From Gnetum montanum (Eukaryota > Plantae > Gnetophyta): a DNA stretch of 64,000 nt. Of the stretch, positions 12,580 through 26,801 are shown one piece after another. Below the pieces are notes generated by a model. That model searched no databases, was not told where the DNA came from, and was given only the letters and a program-made list of their open reading frames with translations. Location: positions 359,363 to 423,362 of the forward strand of contig MNCI01003445.1 in the NCBI GenBank assembly GCA_015680685.1, given 5' to 3'. A program made the position numbers and the translations under genes. Within the stretch, counting starts at the first letter, position 1. Each line of letters starts with the position of its first letter.

Positions 12580-12955
12580 CTGCTATGACATGAAATTGGC
12601 ACAGAGACAACTCATTTGCTATGATGTTAAACTAGCAAAGCATTCATCCACTATGACATTAAACTAGCACAACATTTGTCCGCTACAACGTTAAATGAGC
12701 ACGCACACACTACTCATTTGCCATGATGCTAAACTGACACGACTTGTCCTTAGGTCACGATGTTAAACTGGCACAACAGCTCATCCACTATGACGTTAAA
12801 TAGGCATAGCATGTCCGCTATGATGTTAAACTAACATAGCTCATCCACCATGACACTAAACTAGCACAACGGTCTACCAAGACCTTAAATTGGGTTCATG
12901 GTTTACTAGGACTTTAAACTAGTTGGGCTATGGTCTATCAAGATCTTAAACTGGG
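12580..12955 (+). repeat. Second degenerate tandem array (about 30-40 bp units, core ATGAYRTTAAACTRGCAC)
   Basis: About 11 recurrences of CTATGA(C/T)GTTAAACT(A/G)GCAC-like units. Confidence 0.8.
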
Positions 12956-14173
12956 TTCGTGGTTAGCCACACACAATTCTGTAAGCAAGCAATTGAGTAT
13001 AACTCTAACTCTGCCCTCCCCCCCTCCTTCCCACTCTTTTCTACACCATGTGGGTGGGGATACTACAATCTCAAAAGGGAGCACCTACAACCAGCACAGC
13101 CTTTGGAGCATTTGCAACATCATTGTCCCTTGGCATTTTACTAGCTTTTTGAGCACCTACAACTGGTGTAGCCTTTAGAGCACTCGCAACATCTTCACCC
13201 ATAGAATTTTATTTGCATTGTGTGTTGTGTGTTTTTCCTATCTTCTCAAAGTTGTGTTTGCAAGATGAAGCCCTAGGTGGTTGAGCAAAGATGCATCTCA
13301 TTGTAATGGTAAGTTGCCACATCATTCCAATGTGCACGATTAGACTAGCTAAGCCTCTCAAGACTGCACATCCCACTTATCCTGTTATTTTCTACTCACA
13401 TCCACTCCTGCATCCCAATACCTTTTCATTTCCCACATAGCAAAGCTTGCAAATCCCTTGACACATACGTGTTATGATCACATGGCACCCTCTTCAAGTC
13501 AAACCATAGAACCCAAGGCAAACGTAACATAAGTCATCCCATGGGGAGCCTCTGTTGGCTGGTCAAAGCCTAGGTGAATGTAACACAAGTCATCTTAGGG
13601 AGGAAACACCTATCCTATAGATGCAATGTGGTTTCGCAAGCATCAAAGCAAAGCCCATTTGATGGCACACAGTCCACTTGATCAAAAGCATCCTCCTAAT
13701 TAGCATTTATCAATGTGCCAAACCCAAAGTAGGCTCACTTCAAAAGCAAAAAAGCAAAACAAAAAAAAACAAAAAAATTGGTAGGGGCACATCCCCAAGC
13801 TACCTAACAATGTCGCAACTTCACAACTAGTGTAGTTCTAAATCCACACTAACTCTCTCATGAGCAGTCTGACGAGATGTCAACATTTTCAATGATAAGC
13901 CACTCTGGTATGATGGTCACCATCAACCATGCTGACTCTACATCCTACATCACAATATCCCTGCTTGCATCTCATCTCCCCTTTTATCCCTAGCATATTA
14001 CCTACACCTTTTATTTCCAACATATCATTGTCCACAGCACTCTTGAGCATAATGCAATGACATTCGATCATGTACTGAAGAGTGATGTTGGGGTTAGGTT
14101 TGCTGTGGGGTTTTGCTATTCTTTGTCGATGTCTCTTGAGCCACTCCTCTAGATGTCAACAAAGAGGGGCCAA

Positions 14174-15926
14174 TGAAACACCACTAAATTTGGACTACGA
14201 CATCTCAACTACAAATTTATCTATGTATCAACATGAGGTGATTATTCGCAAAATTTTCTAAGTGTTCAGACTACACTCTACATTGCCCCAGAGTGTAGTC
14301 AAGTGTAGTCAACATGAAGGCCTAGTTTTTACAAATATTTCTAAGTGTTGAGACTACGCTCTCCACTACCCTAGAGTGTGGTTAGCTTCATGCAAAGTGT
14401 AGTCAACACAAAGACCAATTTTGCAATTTTTTCTAATTGTCAAGCTAGCTGTTGCAAAAATTTTCTAAGTGCTAAGACTATGCTCTCCACTGCCCTAGAG
14501 CATAGTCAAGCGTAGTTAACATGAAGGCCTAGTTTTTGTAGATTTTTTCTAAGTGTTAAGACTATGCTCTCTGCTAGCCCTGAGCATAGTCAAGTGTAGT
14601 CAACTAGAAGTCAGTTTCCACAAGTTTTGACAAGTGTTGGGACTACACTCACCCCCAGTTAGGAGCATAGTCAGCACATAACCATTTTTTGCAAAAATTT
14701 TTCTAAGTATGGGACTACACTCTCCCCCAGTCCAGAGCATAGTCAAGCGTAGTTAGCTAGAATAGCCTCCAAAGGCTTCCACAACATTACACTAACATTC
14801 AACTCAACTCCAATTCATCTCCAACAAGTGTAGTTAGCAAAATGCCTCTTTTTTGTATCCTTTTTGTCCCCAAAATTGTAACTATGCTGGACACCACACA
14901 AGACAATGGAGAGTGTAGCCCCAGAGTGTAGTCTCCAAAGTTGCATTTTTTCACATACATTAAAGTTCTCTTGGTGCATATACATGCAATCAGCAGCATA
15001 GCCATAGTCCCGCAGTCTCACAAAGTTTGGCAGAGTACAGCAGAGCATAACACCATTAGCCTTAGTGGAAAAAGTAGTTGGGTGATAGCATAGTTCCAAC
15101 CGTTCCATTACCACATGGCAGTCACTCCACATTTCACACTAAACCTAGCCCTATAAATACCCCCGCCCTCAACGTTTTCAAGGTTGGAAAAATTGAAGCA
15201 AGTTGGCAAATTTGAACATTGAGCAAGATTCAAGATTGGTAAATTTGAAGCATTGGCACATTTTAGACTTCACAGACTTGCAAATCTAAGGAGTGCTTAG
15301 GAGAGAACCAAAGGCATCTTGGCAAAGTTGCAGACTACCATAGACCACCACAACCCACCATAAAACATTACAACCCACTGCACACCATGGTGGCCAACTT
15401 GGTAGGCACAGACACCATGGCAAAACATCAATCTTCACAACCAAACACCCTCAAGATTGTGACTATGGTGTCCATTGCACCTTTTGTACACCACATACCT
15501 TCTAACCCCTCTTGGTGTTAACTATGCTCAACCCCATTTGGGGTAGTGTTCTACTCCTTTCTCTTTCTCTTTAAATTTTAAGCATTTTACTTACATTTTT
15601 TCACTATTCTATCACATAGTTGCATCTAAAACCATGCTTGGGCGGTGATCTCCACATGTTGACATCCTTGTTTTCATTGAAAAGCTTGACTACACTCGAC
15701 ACTGCTAACACCATTAACACTGCTCAAACACTTAGCACCATTTTGCATCAACATTGTGGCTAACCACACTACACCTTAATTACATCTGGTAAGTTCCTGT
15801 TTGAATAACAAGACCATTTAGGGCACCACATCTCTACCTCCAGCAGGCCCTTGCATGGATGTGGGGTTAGGCTGTGCACCCATGAACCTCTCGATGTTCT
15901 AGCCACTGACATTTTCGATCATTACA
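14174..15926 (+). repeat. 3' LTR of the Tat/Ogre-like element
   Basis: Copy of 3980-5725, preceded by a PPT and followed by TSD GATCT. Confidence 0.85.
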
Positions 15927-17348
15927 GATCTAACACATCCTCATGTGCCACAGAATTCATTGAAGACCTAACAAACATTTGTGCATCTCGAGTCCTAGTC
16001 AAATCTACTGGGAATATAATATGCACATTGAATGATTCTTGGATGTGATCCATTATTACTTCTACTGCACTTGTTGCATCTTGATGCTACATTACCACTA
16101 CTGTGGCATCTTGTCTCATTTCAAGCATCACTTGAAAGGATGTGGCATTACTAGAGATTTGCCTAGACCACTAGGATTCCCCTCCTGATTTTAGTGAGAT
16201 CTGTCGCCTTGTCAAATCTACTAAGATGGTGGGCTACATGACATTGTTGATGACTCTAAAGAGGCTAGATTCCTCTTTGCTTTCCCAACTCATTATTTTG
16301 GCATTTTTTTGCAAATGGCTTATTGCTAGCCAATAATCTTGTGCTGGCAGTGGTGGAGCTTGTGTTTCATGGCACTGTTTAGGCTCCCGTTCTGCTTCTT
16401 TTTCTATTTCTTACTCCTCACCGAGGTCTTTCCTTGGTACTACAAGTTTGAGGAGTTTAGCAAAGGAAGCATTTTGAGCCTTCCTAAAAACATTGTTTGT
16501 GTACCCCAAGATTCTAGCACATTTGCAAAATTTTTGGATTAGGCCAAGGAATGGAAAGGAAAGGTTAGCTTCCTTGCCTTTTTCTCCACAAATCGCCTCT
16601 GAATATCTATGCTATATAACTAGGAAAGGTTGGCTACGTATTTTCCCATTAGGATGACACTTCCTTTGGCTACATAGGTTGAAATTCTATTAAGCCCTTT
16701 GGTTGGGAAGAGAGGATACATGCCTATCTTGAAGTATGTCCTCTCTTTCAAAGTCAATTCATTATATGTTTTGTCATCTTTGCCATATGCCCACCTCAAC
16801 CACAGCTTTCTAGTGTTGAGGTCAGATCTTATAGATAGATGGGCTAACTTAGCCCCTTCATTTAGTAGGTTTAGAGATTCTACAATTTCTTTGACCAATA
16901 ATGAGAGATTAACTCTGTAGAAGTTCATAGTGATGCCTTCATCTTTGTTGTGCTAGAATTGATATGTTTCACCAAGGTACCACTCACCATTGTCTAAAAG
17001 AATAGGCCACAAAGGTGATGCCTGAAATTGCATCCAAACCACTTCTAGAGCAAACTCCATAAATGAACTGAAGTTCATCTTCACGATGACCATGCTCAAC
17101 ATGGATTTTTCTTGAATTGCTTCAAGGCATTCCATGAACAACATGAGACATTGTCCCTATGCAGAAGCTTAAGGTTTTGCAGCCTCTCCTTGGACTAATT
17201 GCCTAGTAATAGGAGCCTCTTAATGAATGCTGAAGAATTGGGCTTCCTACTCATGCTTTGCATGCTTGCCTTACTGGCCCCTACCATCCCTTAGGTGTTT
17301 AGCTATTGGCTATGAAGGTTCTCCTTGTGCTCGTCTTTTTGGGACCAT
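15927..17348 (-). pseudogene. N-terminal part of the Athila-like 3' extra ORF
   Basis: Starts AG|ATG (MVPKRR...). LNLLNEG...LWLRWAYG is homologous to 46258-47600 (MVPKQN...VLGLPNIG...RAYG). Confidence 0.7.
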
Positions 17349-19499
17349 CTATAATCAATCAAAGATTAGATGTTACTAAGGTGTTGTTATTTAGCATTAA
17401 TAGGTTTATATCTTACCCATGCCTTAGTCTCATTAAGTTCATATAATTGCAATGTTAGAAAAACTTTTAGAAAAGTGCCCAAAAAGTGTTTATCTTCTTT
17501 TATGACCTTACACAATTCCTTTTTTCCTTACATGTGGCTTATTATGATGGTTATGGTCCCTTGGGTGGAGAAATTAAGGTTTTTGGCATTAATGCGATTA
17601 ACTATTCATTATAACACTTGAAGTTTTTAACACTCTTACCCTTATAATATCCTCTAGATGATAGAAAATTTTAGAAAATTGGCACAAGTTTCTTATGCAA
17701 GTACCTCCACCCCCACNNNNNNNNNNNNNNNNNNNNNNNCTTCGATTAACTTGAACACTCTAGATTCAAACAGGTTTAAACGACATGAAATCAGAGCAAT
17801 AGAGAGCCAAATATCATAAGTTCGAGTTGGTTGCATAGAGCTTTGAGTTGCAAAATAAATTTGAAAAACTCCCCTTACTACAAATGATGAGAATGAAGTT
17901 TGGACATTGCATACGTCATATATATAGGTTTTGTGCAACCCAGTATCGGATATTCGACATCGTGTCCCACCCCATATCGGCTACTTGATATCGAGGTCCA
18001 TGGATGTGCATCTAATGAGGGTACTGAGCATGATAAATAAAGCTCTAAGGTTGGTTGGAAGGTTTTAGGTTAGGTCCATAGGTTTGGGGTAAGTAGAAAA
18101 TCAATTTTAGGCACTAGAAGCATTAGAAGGTGGAGTCGCCAACATTAAAAGGTTAGGAAGACATAAGAAAAATGGTGTTAAATTAATTGTGTGGAATGGA
18201 TCAATTACATGATAAGGGAAAGAATAAAATTTAACAATGAAGTGCTTGGAAGGTGAAGAATGATGTGGTGGTGCACACAAGTACAAGTTACAGCAGTTAC
18301 ATAAGTGGGTCCTCCCTAAAGCAAGCTCCAGCCTATGATGCCCTTGTATAACCACACCTAAAAATGTCCTTACGCACTAAAGGGTTTGAATGCAATGCAT
18401 ACCTATGCAACAAAACACACATGTTAAAACCACCAATTTGAGATAATAACTCTATGTTACAAAAAACTAGAAGTTAGGATTAGATGCATAGCAAGATGAG
18501 ATGGACTGTAGAGAGGATTGTAGAAATTGGAACATGAGGTGCCATACTAGAGGCATAATGAATCCTTGTGTATTATTAATGGTTAAATAATCATGAGCCC
18601 TTCTTTCCAAGATTCAAACCAGGTCCAAACCACAAGTTAGTGATATCACATTGTCTCATTGCTTCGATTGACAACTATAAAACGATCATAGTTGCAAGGA
18701 GTAACATCACTTGGCATTTTGTCCAAGGGAGGAGCTTATTTATGGCATAGATGTTTTTTTTTTTTTTTGGTATGGAAGTTCTGAGAAGTCACCAACGTTT
18801 AAGCATGGGTATGTGTCTTTCTAGTGGGACTCGTAGAAATTATTCAGTACCTTTTTATGGTACTCTTACTCCTATTTTTCATTATATCTACAAGGATATA
18901 ATTACAACCTTAGCAACATGATAGAACATATAGAAGTGGTCAAAGAGAATCCACAAATCCCCTTGATGTCACACCCTTTACATTTCCCCTTAGTTTTTGC
19001 ACTCTTCTACCCATACACAATGATTATGAATTTATTTTTAGGTTGGATGATGGAAAAGAATATCATTATGACCAAGGTAAGGACCTCTTATTACTGGAAT
19101 AAGTGGATGGATGACGTGGTCTCACTGTCTGAATAATCAGTCCCTTATGACTTAATATCATAGAGAAAACTTCACCTCAATGGTCTACATGATTATTTTA
19201 TTCACAAGAAAGATTACAATAATAAAGGAAATGAAAAAAATTAAATAGAAAAATTTGAAAGAATAGAAAAAATTATATCAAGAAATAAGAAAATGACCGA
19301 AAATTGTAAAACAAAAAGATGGAAAATAGTTATGAGCCTGAAGATCAGAATGGGGGGTGTCCATCATGACTAAACATTTGGTTGTGACAAGGATTAATAA
19401 GTAGATAGATAAGATCCATGCATGTATAAAATATTGGTAACTGTGTATTCCCTAGCCCTTAGCTGCCTTTAGGTGTTGTGGTGGTTGGCTAGACGAATT

Positions 19500-21741
19500 G
19501 TTGATCACACATCTAATTGTTAAATGAATGGTAGGTCAGGCTATGAGGTGTGTTAACATTGTAGATGCCTAGCCCCCAATTGCATCCTTGATCATGATAT
19601 GGTATGCATGGATTCATTTGTCTCTCCACATTATCAAATTCATTGCTTCTAGTGGGTTTTGGAGTAACAATGGATGGTGCCCTTGTGTAGCATTAGAGGA
19701 TGTTGATGTGAAAAGAAAGGCATCACACTAGATTGGCATTATGCTGGTTTAGATGATTTGGTAGATCCATGAGTATTTTGCTTTGGCTTACAGCCTTTTC
19801 TAAAGAAAGGACATTTCTGAGTTTGTAGTGGGAACCTACTGGTATCAACATGTCTATGCACATTCATAGCACAAGTGGCATTTGTCTATTGATATTATGG
19901 TGCTAGACCTTCTTGTGTCACTGGCGGTGGTGTATGATGAGGTGGAGTATGAGAATATTGAGGGTAGGATGAATGGTAAGAGGCGTGAGGTGGTTATTCC
20001 TCAAGGGATGTCATGGGTTGATGGTACTTGGGAGAGTGATAGTGGTGATTTGAAGTAGAGGATGTAAAACTAGTTGGAGAAACAAGGTGTTGAACATAAT
20101 ACCCATGTGGTTTCAGCTGATAGGAAGGATAGGGCTGATTTAGTGGTGGCCTCCCCCATGACTATGTTGATGACAATGTTGAAGTTAGTAACAAGTCCCC
20201 CTAGGATAGTACAGTTGGTTGTGGGGCTGTCTATAATTACCATCTAGAAGAGGAAATCTCCTAGGCGTGTGCTTCTATACAAACTTCGAATTTAAGGTGC
20301 CTGCCTAATACTCATGTAGATGCAACAAGACTAGGCAATGGCGCTTTGGATGGTCATATATGCAAATGTCACATCCATTGTCTTTGTCTATGGTTGAGGC
20401 TATAGCCTCACTTTCATCAGCCATTTTTCTTGTTTGCTGAAAAGTGTTCCTAGCTGTTTCTTGGTTCTATATCCTTTGTTTATTGTGATTACCTAGTTTG
20501 TGTTGCATGATCTTCTCCTCGACCATCTCAACAAGAGTTGTAACATTTTCATATATCCATTTTGACATATTATTAAAATTTGCTTCAAGTTCATCAATAG
20601 ACTTCTATATCATCAAGGTTTATTCTTAGCAAGAGTGATCTCTTCCTCCTTACCATAGATATGGAGCTGCTTTTATTGAAGAGTCGGGTCCCATTGATAT
20701 TTCTTGACATTCTCCCATTTACATATCTCTCCTTCTTCTCTTGCCACACGCTTGATTAGCTTTCATATCTGATGGGTTCGTAGCTCATTTAATTAACCTA
20801 GGGCATACATCCCAAGAGTCTCCCTTGTTTCATTATGAAGCCCATCTATGATGTGGAATAGTTACCTTTCCTCAAAGAAACCATGGCCTACGCATCTATT
20901 TAATAGGGAATAATATCTATATAAGGCCATGTCCAAGGGTTCATGTTGTTCTTGTCTCCACCCTTGGATTTATTTCCCTAGGTTGGATGCCCTCGCATAG
21001 GTTTGGTATTTCTCGTTGAAGAGTTCTAACATTGTGGACCATTGTTAGATTGAATTTGGTTTCAACGATCTGTACTAGACTTTAGATCTATCAACCAATG
21101 TCCTAGGAAAAGAGCTTAAGATTTTACCACCCACTTTTAATGTTGTAGAAGGCACAGGCATCATGGAAGGCTTGTAAATGATGTTGCACATCTAAATCAT
21201 AGCCTCATGCAAGCCTAGGTAGGTGACTCTCCTTATGATGCCTGTGAGATATCTTAACTGCGTTGTGATGAAAATTTCTATTCGGTTGATTGGGAAAATT
21301 TTGTCTATGTTTATGTTGATGACTGTGAGTGTTCTTATGGGTTCAATTTTTGTTTCTATTCCAACCCTTTAGTGGAGATTTATCTTCATACCTACGTTCA
21401 TCTTTGTCAGAACCAGACGTTGAAAGGGAAGAGGAAGATGCAGAACTAAGAGGATTACCATGGTGTCTCTAGTGTTCCCTAGGGTCCTTTGATTGATCAT
21501 TTCTTGGTTTCAATGAGGTCTTAGGCCTTGAGGCCTCCCCTAGTCCAAGACTTACTTCATCTCCTCCAAGGTTGTTCACCTTGGGTGAATGTAGTCTTTG
21601 AGTGTTGTCAAGGTGGTCATGAACATAAGAAATCCTTGCATAAGGTTGGTCACTGCAATTTTCCTCACTATATATCTCATTAGTTCTCCAATGAACGTTT
21701 TCATTATATAATGCATTATTAGTTCCTTGTGAAAGAGACAT
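19500..21741 (-). pseudogene. gag: Decayed gag plus partial protease of the pol-less element
   Basis: Homologous to 1-1568 (e.g. NVHWRTNE, HLQAFHDAC, LGMYA*G); many stops and frameshifts. Confidence 0.75.
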
Positions 21742-21864
21742 TTTTGTTGACTTATAGTGTATGCTTTATTATTTTCTAAAGGATATATCATTAATACCTT
21801 TACAATTATCGTGTTTGATATAACTAATCTAGATAACTAGCACCGTCCCAAGCAACAGCATCAA

Positions 21865-22753
21865 TGATGAGCGGTAAGGTACCCCTACATCCAACCATAC
21901 GAATCACAAGAATTCATGCACGATCTAGTCAAATTCCAGGAATGGAACTAGTTGTGCATCGAAATCATTATGCTTTGATCACAGTTCTCTATCTTCCCAC
22001 TTGGACTAGTGGTAACTTTATCATGTATGATTTAGTTTAAAGTGAGGCATATGATGTTGTCTAATCTTATGCTACTCCTAATGACGATAAAGAGATAAAT
22101 TAATTAGGCTAATGAACAATGGAAAATAAGATCTAAAATAGCCTACATGCAATGAATATCCATCCCTAATCATCCGTACATGTTTTGGACTTCATATAAC
22201 TACCATTGGTATTACCAAGCATGCGTCATTGGGTTTGCCAAATGATACACCACTGGATTACCAAGTACTTACACTTAAGCACTCATGATTAAGTCATACT
22301 TATTCCACTTAATGATAGGAATAGTAAATAGTAATAAATAGAAACATTAACTAAAGGAAATAGTAAATAATTAAATAGTTAAATAATTAAAGCAATAATA
22401 AATCTAAGTGAATGTTGCAATGATAGAAGTAATCTCGATCTTTATCTCTAGTCATGTAATGTGTCCAAGTACGTCACACTTGAATAAAGGTGTCATACAA
22501 TTATAAACATCATGCTGTAGGTATGCACTGAGAATAACAAAACTTGAATTCAGAAATCTAGAAAAGACTATCAAAAATTTAAAACTAAAACTATGTCCCA
22601 ATCGTGCACCCAAGTGTTGTATTTATAGGCTAGCATGGAAGAGACGATATCAGATATCCAACATCATTTCTTGGGACCTGATATCATGTATCCGATATTA
22701 GAGCCTCAATATTAGGTATCTAATATTAGGGTTGATACAATAATGACTCATCA
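21865..22753 (-). repeat. 5' LTR of the older Athila-like element
   Basis: TGATGAG...CTCATCA termini; adjacent degenerate PBS; similar to 1701-1984 and 2361-2489. Confidence 0.85.
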
Positions 22754-25700
22754 TTAGGTTTTAAGTTTATTTTCTTAAAGGAGTATCTAAACATCTTCTT
22801 TATTAATGCACTTTGGAATCCATTTTATTGTAAGACAAATACCCTAGTTATAATAATTAATGAGGCCAACTCCTCCATCTTTTTTGTTACTAGTACAACT
22901 TTGAAAAATATTTTCTATGTTGCTTAGAAGATCAAAGAAATGGATGGATAATATGATCAATTTTCTCATAAGAAGTTTTAGAAGAAGTCCAATAATTGAA
23001 GTAGTAAACATGAGTTAACTGAAGCATTTGTTTAATAATTGAAACTTTTTCAACAAGGGTGAGCTTTTTCTCTTTTGATTTATCAAGCTTATTTTCAATT
23101 TTATCAACCACATAATTCCACAAAATAGTAAGATTAGGCTCAAAAGAAAAAGTTATTCCTAAAATTTTAAAAACACAAGCTTTTTTCAAGATTTTTCAAG
23201 GCTTGAGAGTAGCCCAGTAATCAATATTATAATAAACAATAGATTTTTGTCAATTAATCCAAGCCCCAAATAATATGTAGTAATCCTCCACTCTAGCTAA
23301 AAAGTTATTGATATGTTGTAGAGAATTATTGATCATAAAAAAAAATCATTTGCAAAGTGCTTGTTAAGCAAATGTGTACCTTGACCATCAATCAAAATTC
23401 CCTTATCGAAATTCCTTTGTAGATCATAATGAAAATATGAAAGAAAATCTACAATAATAATAAAAAGATAGGGAGCTAAAGGAAAAAGTTAATGAATTGA
23501 TCATCAAAGAGAAAAGGAAGAATTTAATCTAAAATTAGTAGCAACTTGAGCATTAGCATTAGTGAGTAAGGTTGAGATAAAAAATAATGAAATTTCATTC
23601 AATCTTGTCATAAGCTTTGACATAATCTAACTTAATAAAAACAATGTCTTGGTTGAATTCCCTCCCAAGCTATAATAACATTATTTAAGAGATGTCTACC
23701 TTTAACAAAAGCAATTTACTCAAGTCTAATAATATTTTTAATAATTTTCTAAATTTGGAAAACCATGCATTTAGCTAAAATTTAATAAGTATTATTAACA
23801 AGAGTAATAGACCTCCAATTACAAATATGTTGAAGATCTCCATTCTTATAAAGAAGATGAATCATGTCTTTATTAATATTTTGACCAAGAGAAGCTTTTT
23901 TAATGGCATCTTGAAAAACATGAGAGAAATAATCTTCCACAAGGTCCTAATGCTTCTTTAAAAATTCAATAAGAAAACCATCAAAATGTGGAACTTACCA
24001 TTTGCCAAACTAAAGGTTGTTACTTTGATTTCTTCCCTTGTAGTTTTTGCTTTAAGAATACTTTGATGTACTTCTATTATAAGATGAGGAATATGTGTGC
24101 TAGAGGCCTGGAAGGATTCCTTAGTAAAACCTTCAGAGAAAAGTTGATTTACTAAAAAATTGTTAATAGTCTCAAGATCTTTAATGATGGAATCATCTAT
24201 ATTAAGTGATTCCAGTACTTGATCCTTTTTCTTTAGAAATGTACAAAATTCCTTGCAAAGTTCATTTTCAATTTTTAGCCAACTCATGTGACTTTTAGTG
24301 AGAGCACTTTTAGCTTCAAAAGTATCCCACCATTATTTAGCATAGCAAGCTTTAGCTAAGGCTTTTTGAGTTTCAAAATCCAAGAGATTCTGGTCTAAAA
24401 AATTTGCATTTGCTTTATAGATTTTGCAAGATCTTCTTCAACTTGATGCTTACACTTAGCAAATTGCTTTCCAAACGATGTAGCATAATTTTTCAACTTT
24501 ATAAGTAGTTCACTACCACCAGTTAACCCAACTAATATCACTAGCAGGCTTTTTTCTTCTTTCAATTTTTGCATTTCATAAAGACTTTAAAATATTTTTT
24601 CCATTGGGTCCAATGAATATATTAGCATTCATACAAAAAAGCTCATGCTTTCGAAAGGATGAAGAATTTATACTAGAGAAAAATGAAAATAAGCAAATGA
24701 TTTGGAAAAATAGCATTTGTATGCACTTCTACTTTTTTTGTAGGTTTCCAAAAGGAAACATTAGAGTTGTAAAATCTATCAAGTCAACAATTGATTCTAT
24801 TATTTCTTTGTTGATAATTATACCAAGTATGATGCTTCTCATTCAAATGAAATGAGAATCAAGAGTTAACATTGGAAAGAAAATATTTTTCTGCACTAAT
24901 CTCTTTTTTTTTCTAATATGACATATTAGGAGGAAGACCACCAAGTTTATCTAAATGACTTTTAACCATATTAAAATCACCTTCAATAATTCAAGGAACT
25001 TTAGGTAGAGATTGATTTTTCAATTTATTAGAAGCATAGATATTCCAGAGCCCAAAGTCATTATTTTCACTATGACAAATAATTCAAATAACCTTTCTAA
25101 GGTTGTCAAAACTATAATCCAAAACTTTTCCAATCTAATTTTTATTAATAAGAATAGTAACACCTCCTTTTTTAACGTTAGAAGTAGTATTAAAAATAAT
25201 GCAATTATTTTAAATGCATTTACCAACAAAACTAATATCATGAGGTGAAATCTTAAATTTTTTTGCAAAAAAAGAAAATCTAGAAATAAATGCCTGTTTG
25301 AAAGATACTCTTAGCAATATTTGATTATGACTTATTAGAAAGGCCCTAAACATTTTGTAATAAAAATAACATTCAAATATGGGTGAGGGGGCCCCCATCT
25401 TTGATTTTCAAGCTTAACATTTATCTCACAATCTATGTTGTTAATAAGTAAAAATGCATTATTAGATAAAAAACATTTGAAACAATAGTAGAAGTAAAAA
25501 GAGAATGAGGTATCTTTGGGGTTTTAAAATTGAAAGTAGTATTTGCATTGAGTGAAATCCATCTACATTAGTATTTTCATTACTCGTCTTTGTTGAAACT
25601 CTCTCTCTCTCTCTCTCTCTTTGTAAATAGGAATTTTCTTTAGATATTAAGAGTTTACAATCACCTGTAGAATTAAAATGATTAGTAAAAGGTTAAGAAC

Positions 25701-25900
25701 TTGTTGAAGAAGATTTGATTTACTTTTATTGAAAACTACAATTAGTTGCCTTTTTTGAAAATTGTTGTTTATTTTCCTCACAAATGACTTTTTTATTAAG
25801 AATATGATAGATTCAAATAACATGGCCTTTACCACTAGAATAGTTGCAACATCCTTGCAAATTACAATATGTAATTTTTTGTGAAAAATGTTGCTTATTG
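22754..25900 (-). mobile_element. Decayed L1-clade LINE (endonuclease plus RT), cut at its 3' side by the Athila-like insertion
   Basis: Minus-strand motifs GDFNMV, KLDYVKAYDKI, PLAPYLF, HFAND, KILGI and 'KLTLVEKVSIIKQML'; very AT-rich and frameshifted. Confidence 0.8.
25599..25620 (+). repeat. (CT)11 microsatellite
   Basis: Directly visible. Confidence 0.95.
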
Positions 25901-26074
25901 GCTTTAAGTTTTAATTCTATTTTCTTTTGCCATAACTAGATTTTTTGAAAATAATATATGCATTGCACACCATGTGGTAATGTTTTTAACTCTATCTTTA
26001 AGATTGTGCCAATGCTGCCAACAAATTTTCACTCTCAACACTTTGCAAGAAATTTTAGAACAATTAAGAGAATA

Positions 26075-26279
26075 TGGGGGGTGTTGGAACCTAAAGCAAG
26101 GAATTCTAGAATAATTGAAAAAATGTAGAGGGTGTTGGAATCTAAGATAATTGAAACATAGATACACCTTACGATTTATAGAAGTTTAACTCAGTGCCAT
26201 CTAGTAGAATCAAATCTGGAACCTATAACCTAAGGTTACTAGGCCAAGACCCGTATCCCTAAGCTAACACCTCATTGTT
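26075..26279 (-). mobile_element. tRNA-derived SINE-like repeat, copy 1
   Basis: Shares GGGGTGTTGGAA..T.AAATAATTGAAACATAG.TACACC and CTAACACCTCATT with 61590-61737; the minus strand starts with an A-box-like TAGCTTAG.G. Confidence 0.6.
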
Positions 26280-26801
26280 ATAATTAAAAGTATGGATCAA
26301 AACCCATTTTCTATTTTCAAGCAATAAAAGTATTATGCTAAGTCATAAAAACTTTAAAATTGAATAATTTTTTAACTATTTTAGAATTGGTGAGTTTAAT
26401 AACAGAGATATTAAAAATAGCGGTATGCAAAATACTAATTTTATAGCATTCAAATAGCTTGAATCAATGGTAGTAAAACCTGCTGAACAAATCCAATAAT
26501 CCACATTATCTGTTTTGAGAAGGATTGTTCTAATTTTCCATCTTTGTATGATTCCCTGTCAAGAAAAGTTTTGCGGCAGGAACTCGGCCAGAAACCCTCG
26601 ACATGCAAAAACCAGTAAGAAAATTAGCCAAATCCAGAATTCAAAACTCTCCTAGAGGTAAATATTCTTCGACAAATGGTTCGGTTTCACTCCCATTGTT
26701 TGTTCTAGCATGGATTTGGAACGGCTTTTGTTCATCTTCCAAATTGTTCGCAGTGTACTGATCTGCTCCGGCGATTTCATCGTGCAGTCAAACAAGCAAG
26801 C

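Larger units (their letters stand above)
3980..15926 (+). mobile_element. Non-autonomous Tat/Ogre-like Ty3/Gypsy element with about 1.75 kb LTRs, a protease remnant and an antisense cargo gene
   Basis: Direct repeats 3980-5725 and 14174-15926 (TGAAA...TTACA); TSD AATCT/GATCT; PPT AAAAGAGGGGCCAA at 14160-14173; no RT/INT seen. Confidence 0.85.
2361..22753 (-). mobile_element. Older non-autonomous Athila-like element (gag plus 3' extra ORF, no RT/RH/INT), interrupted by two later insertions
   Basis: 5' LTR 21865-22753 (TGATGAG...CTCATCA), degenerate tRNA-Asp PBS 21846-21863, gag about 19500-21741, extra ORF 17348 to about 2740, PPT (minus-strand AGTTGTGGGGGTA) 2490-2502. The 3' LTR remnant 2361-2489 matches 22625-22753. 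Confidence 0.8.
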
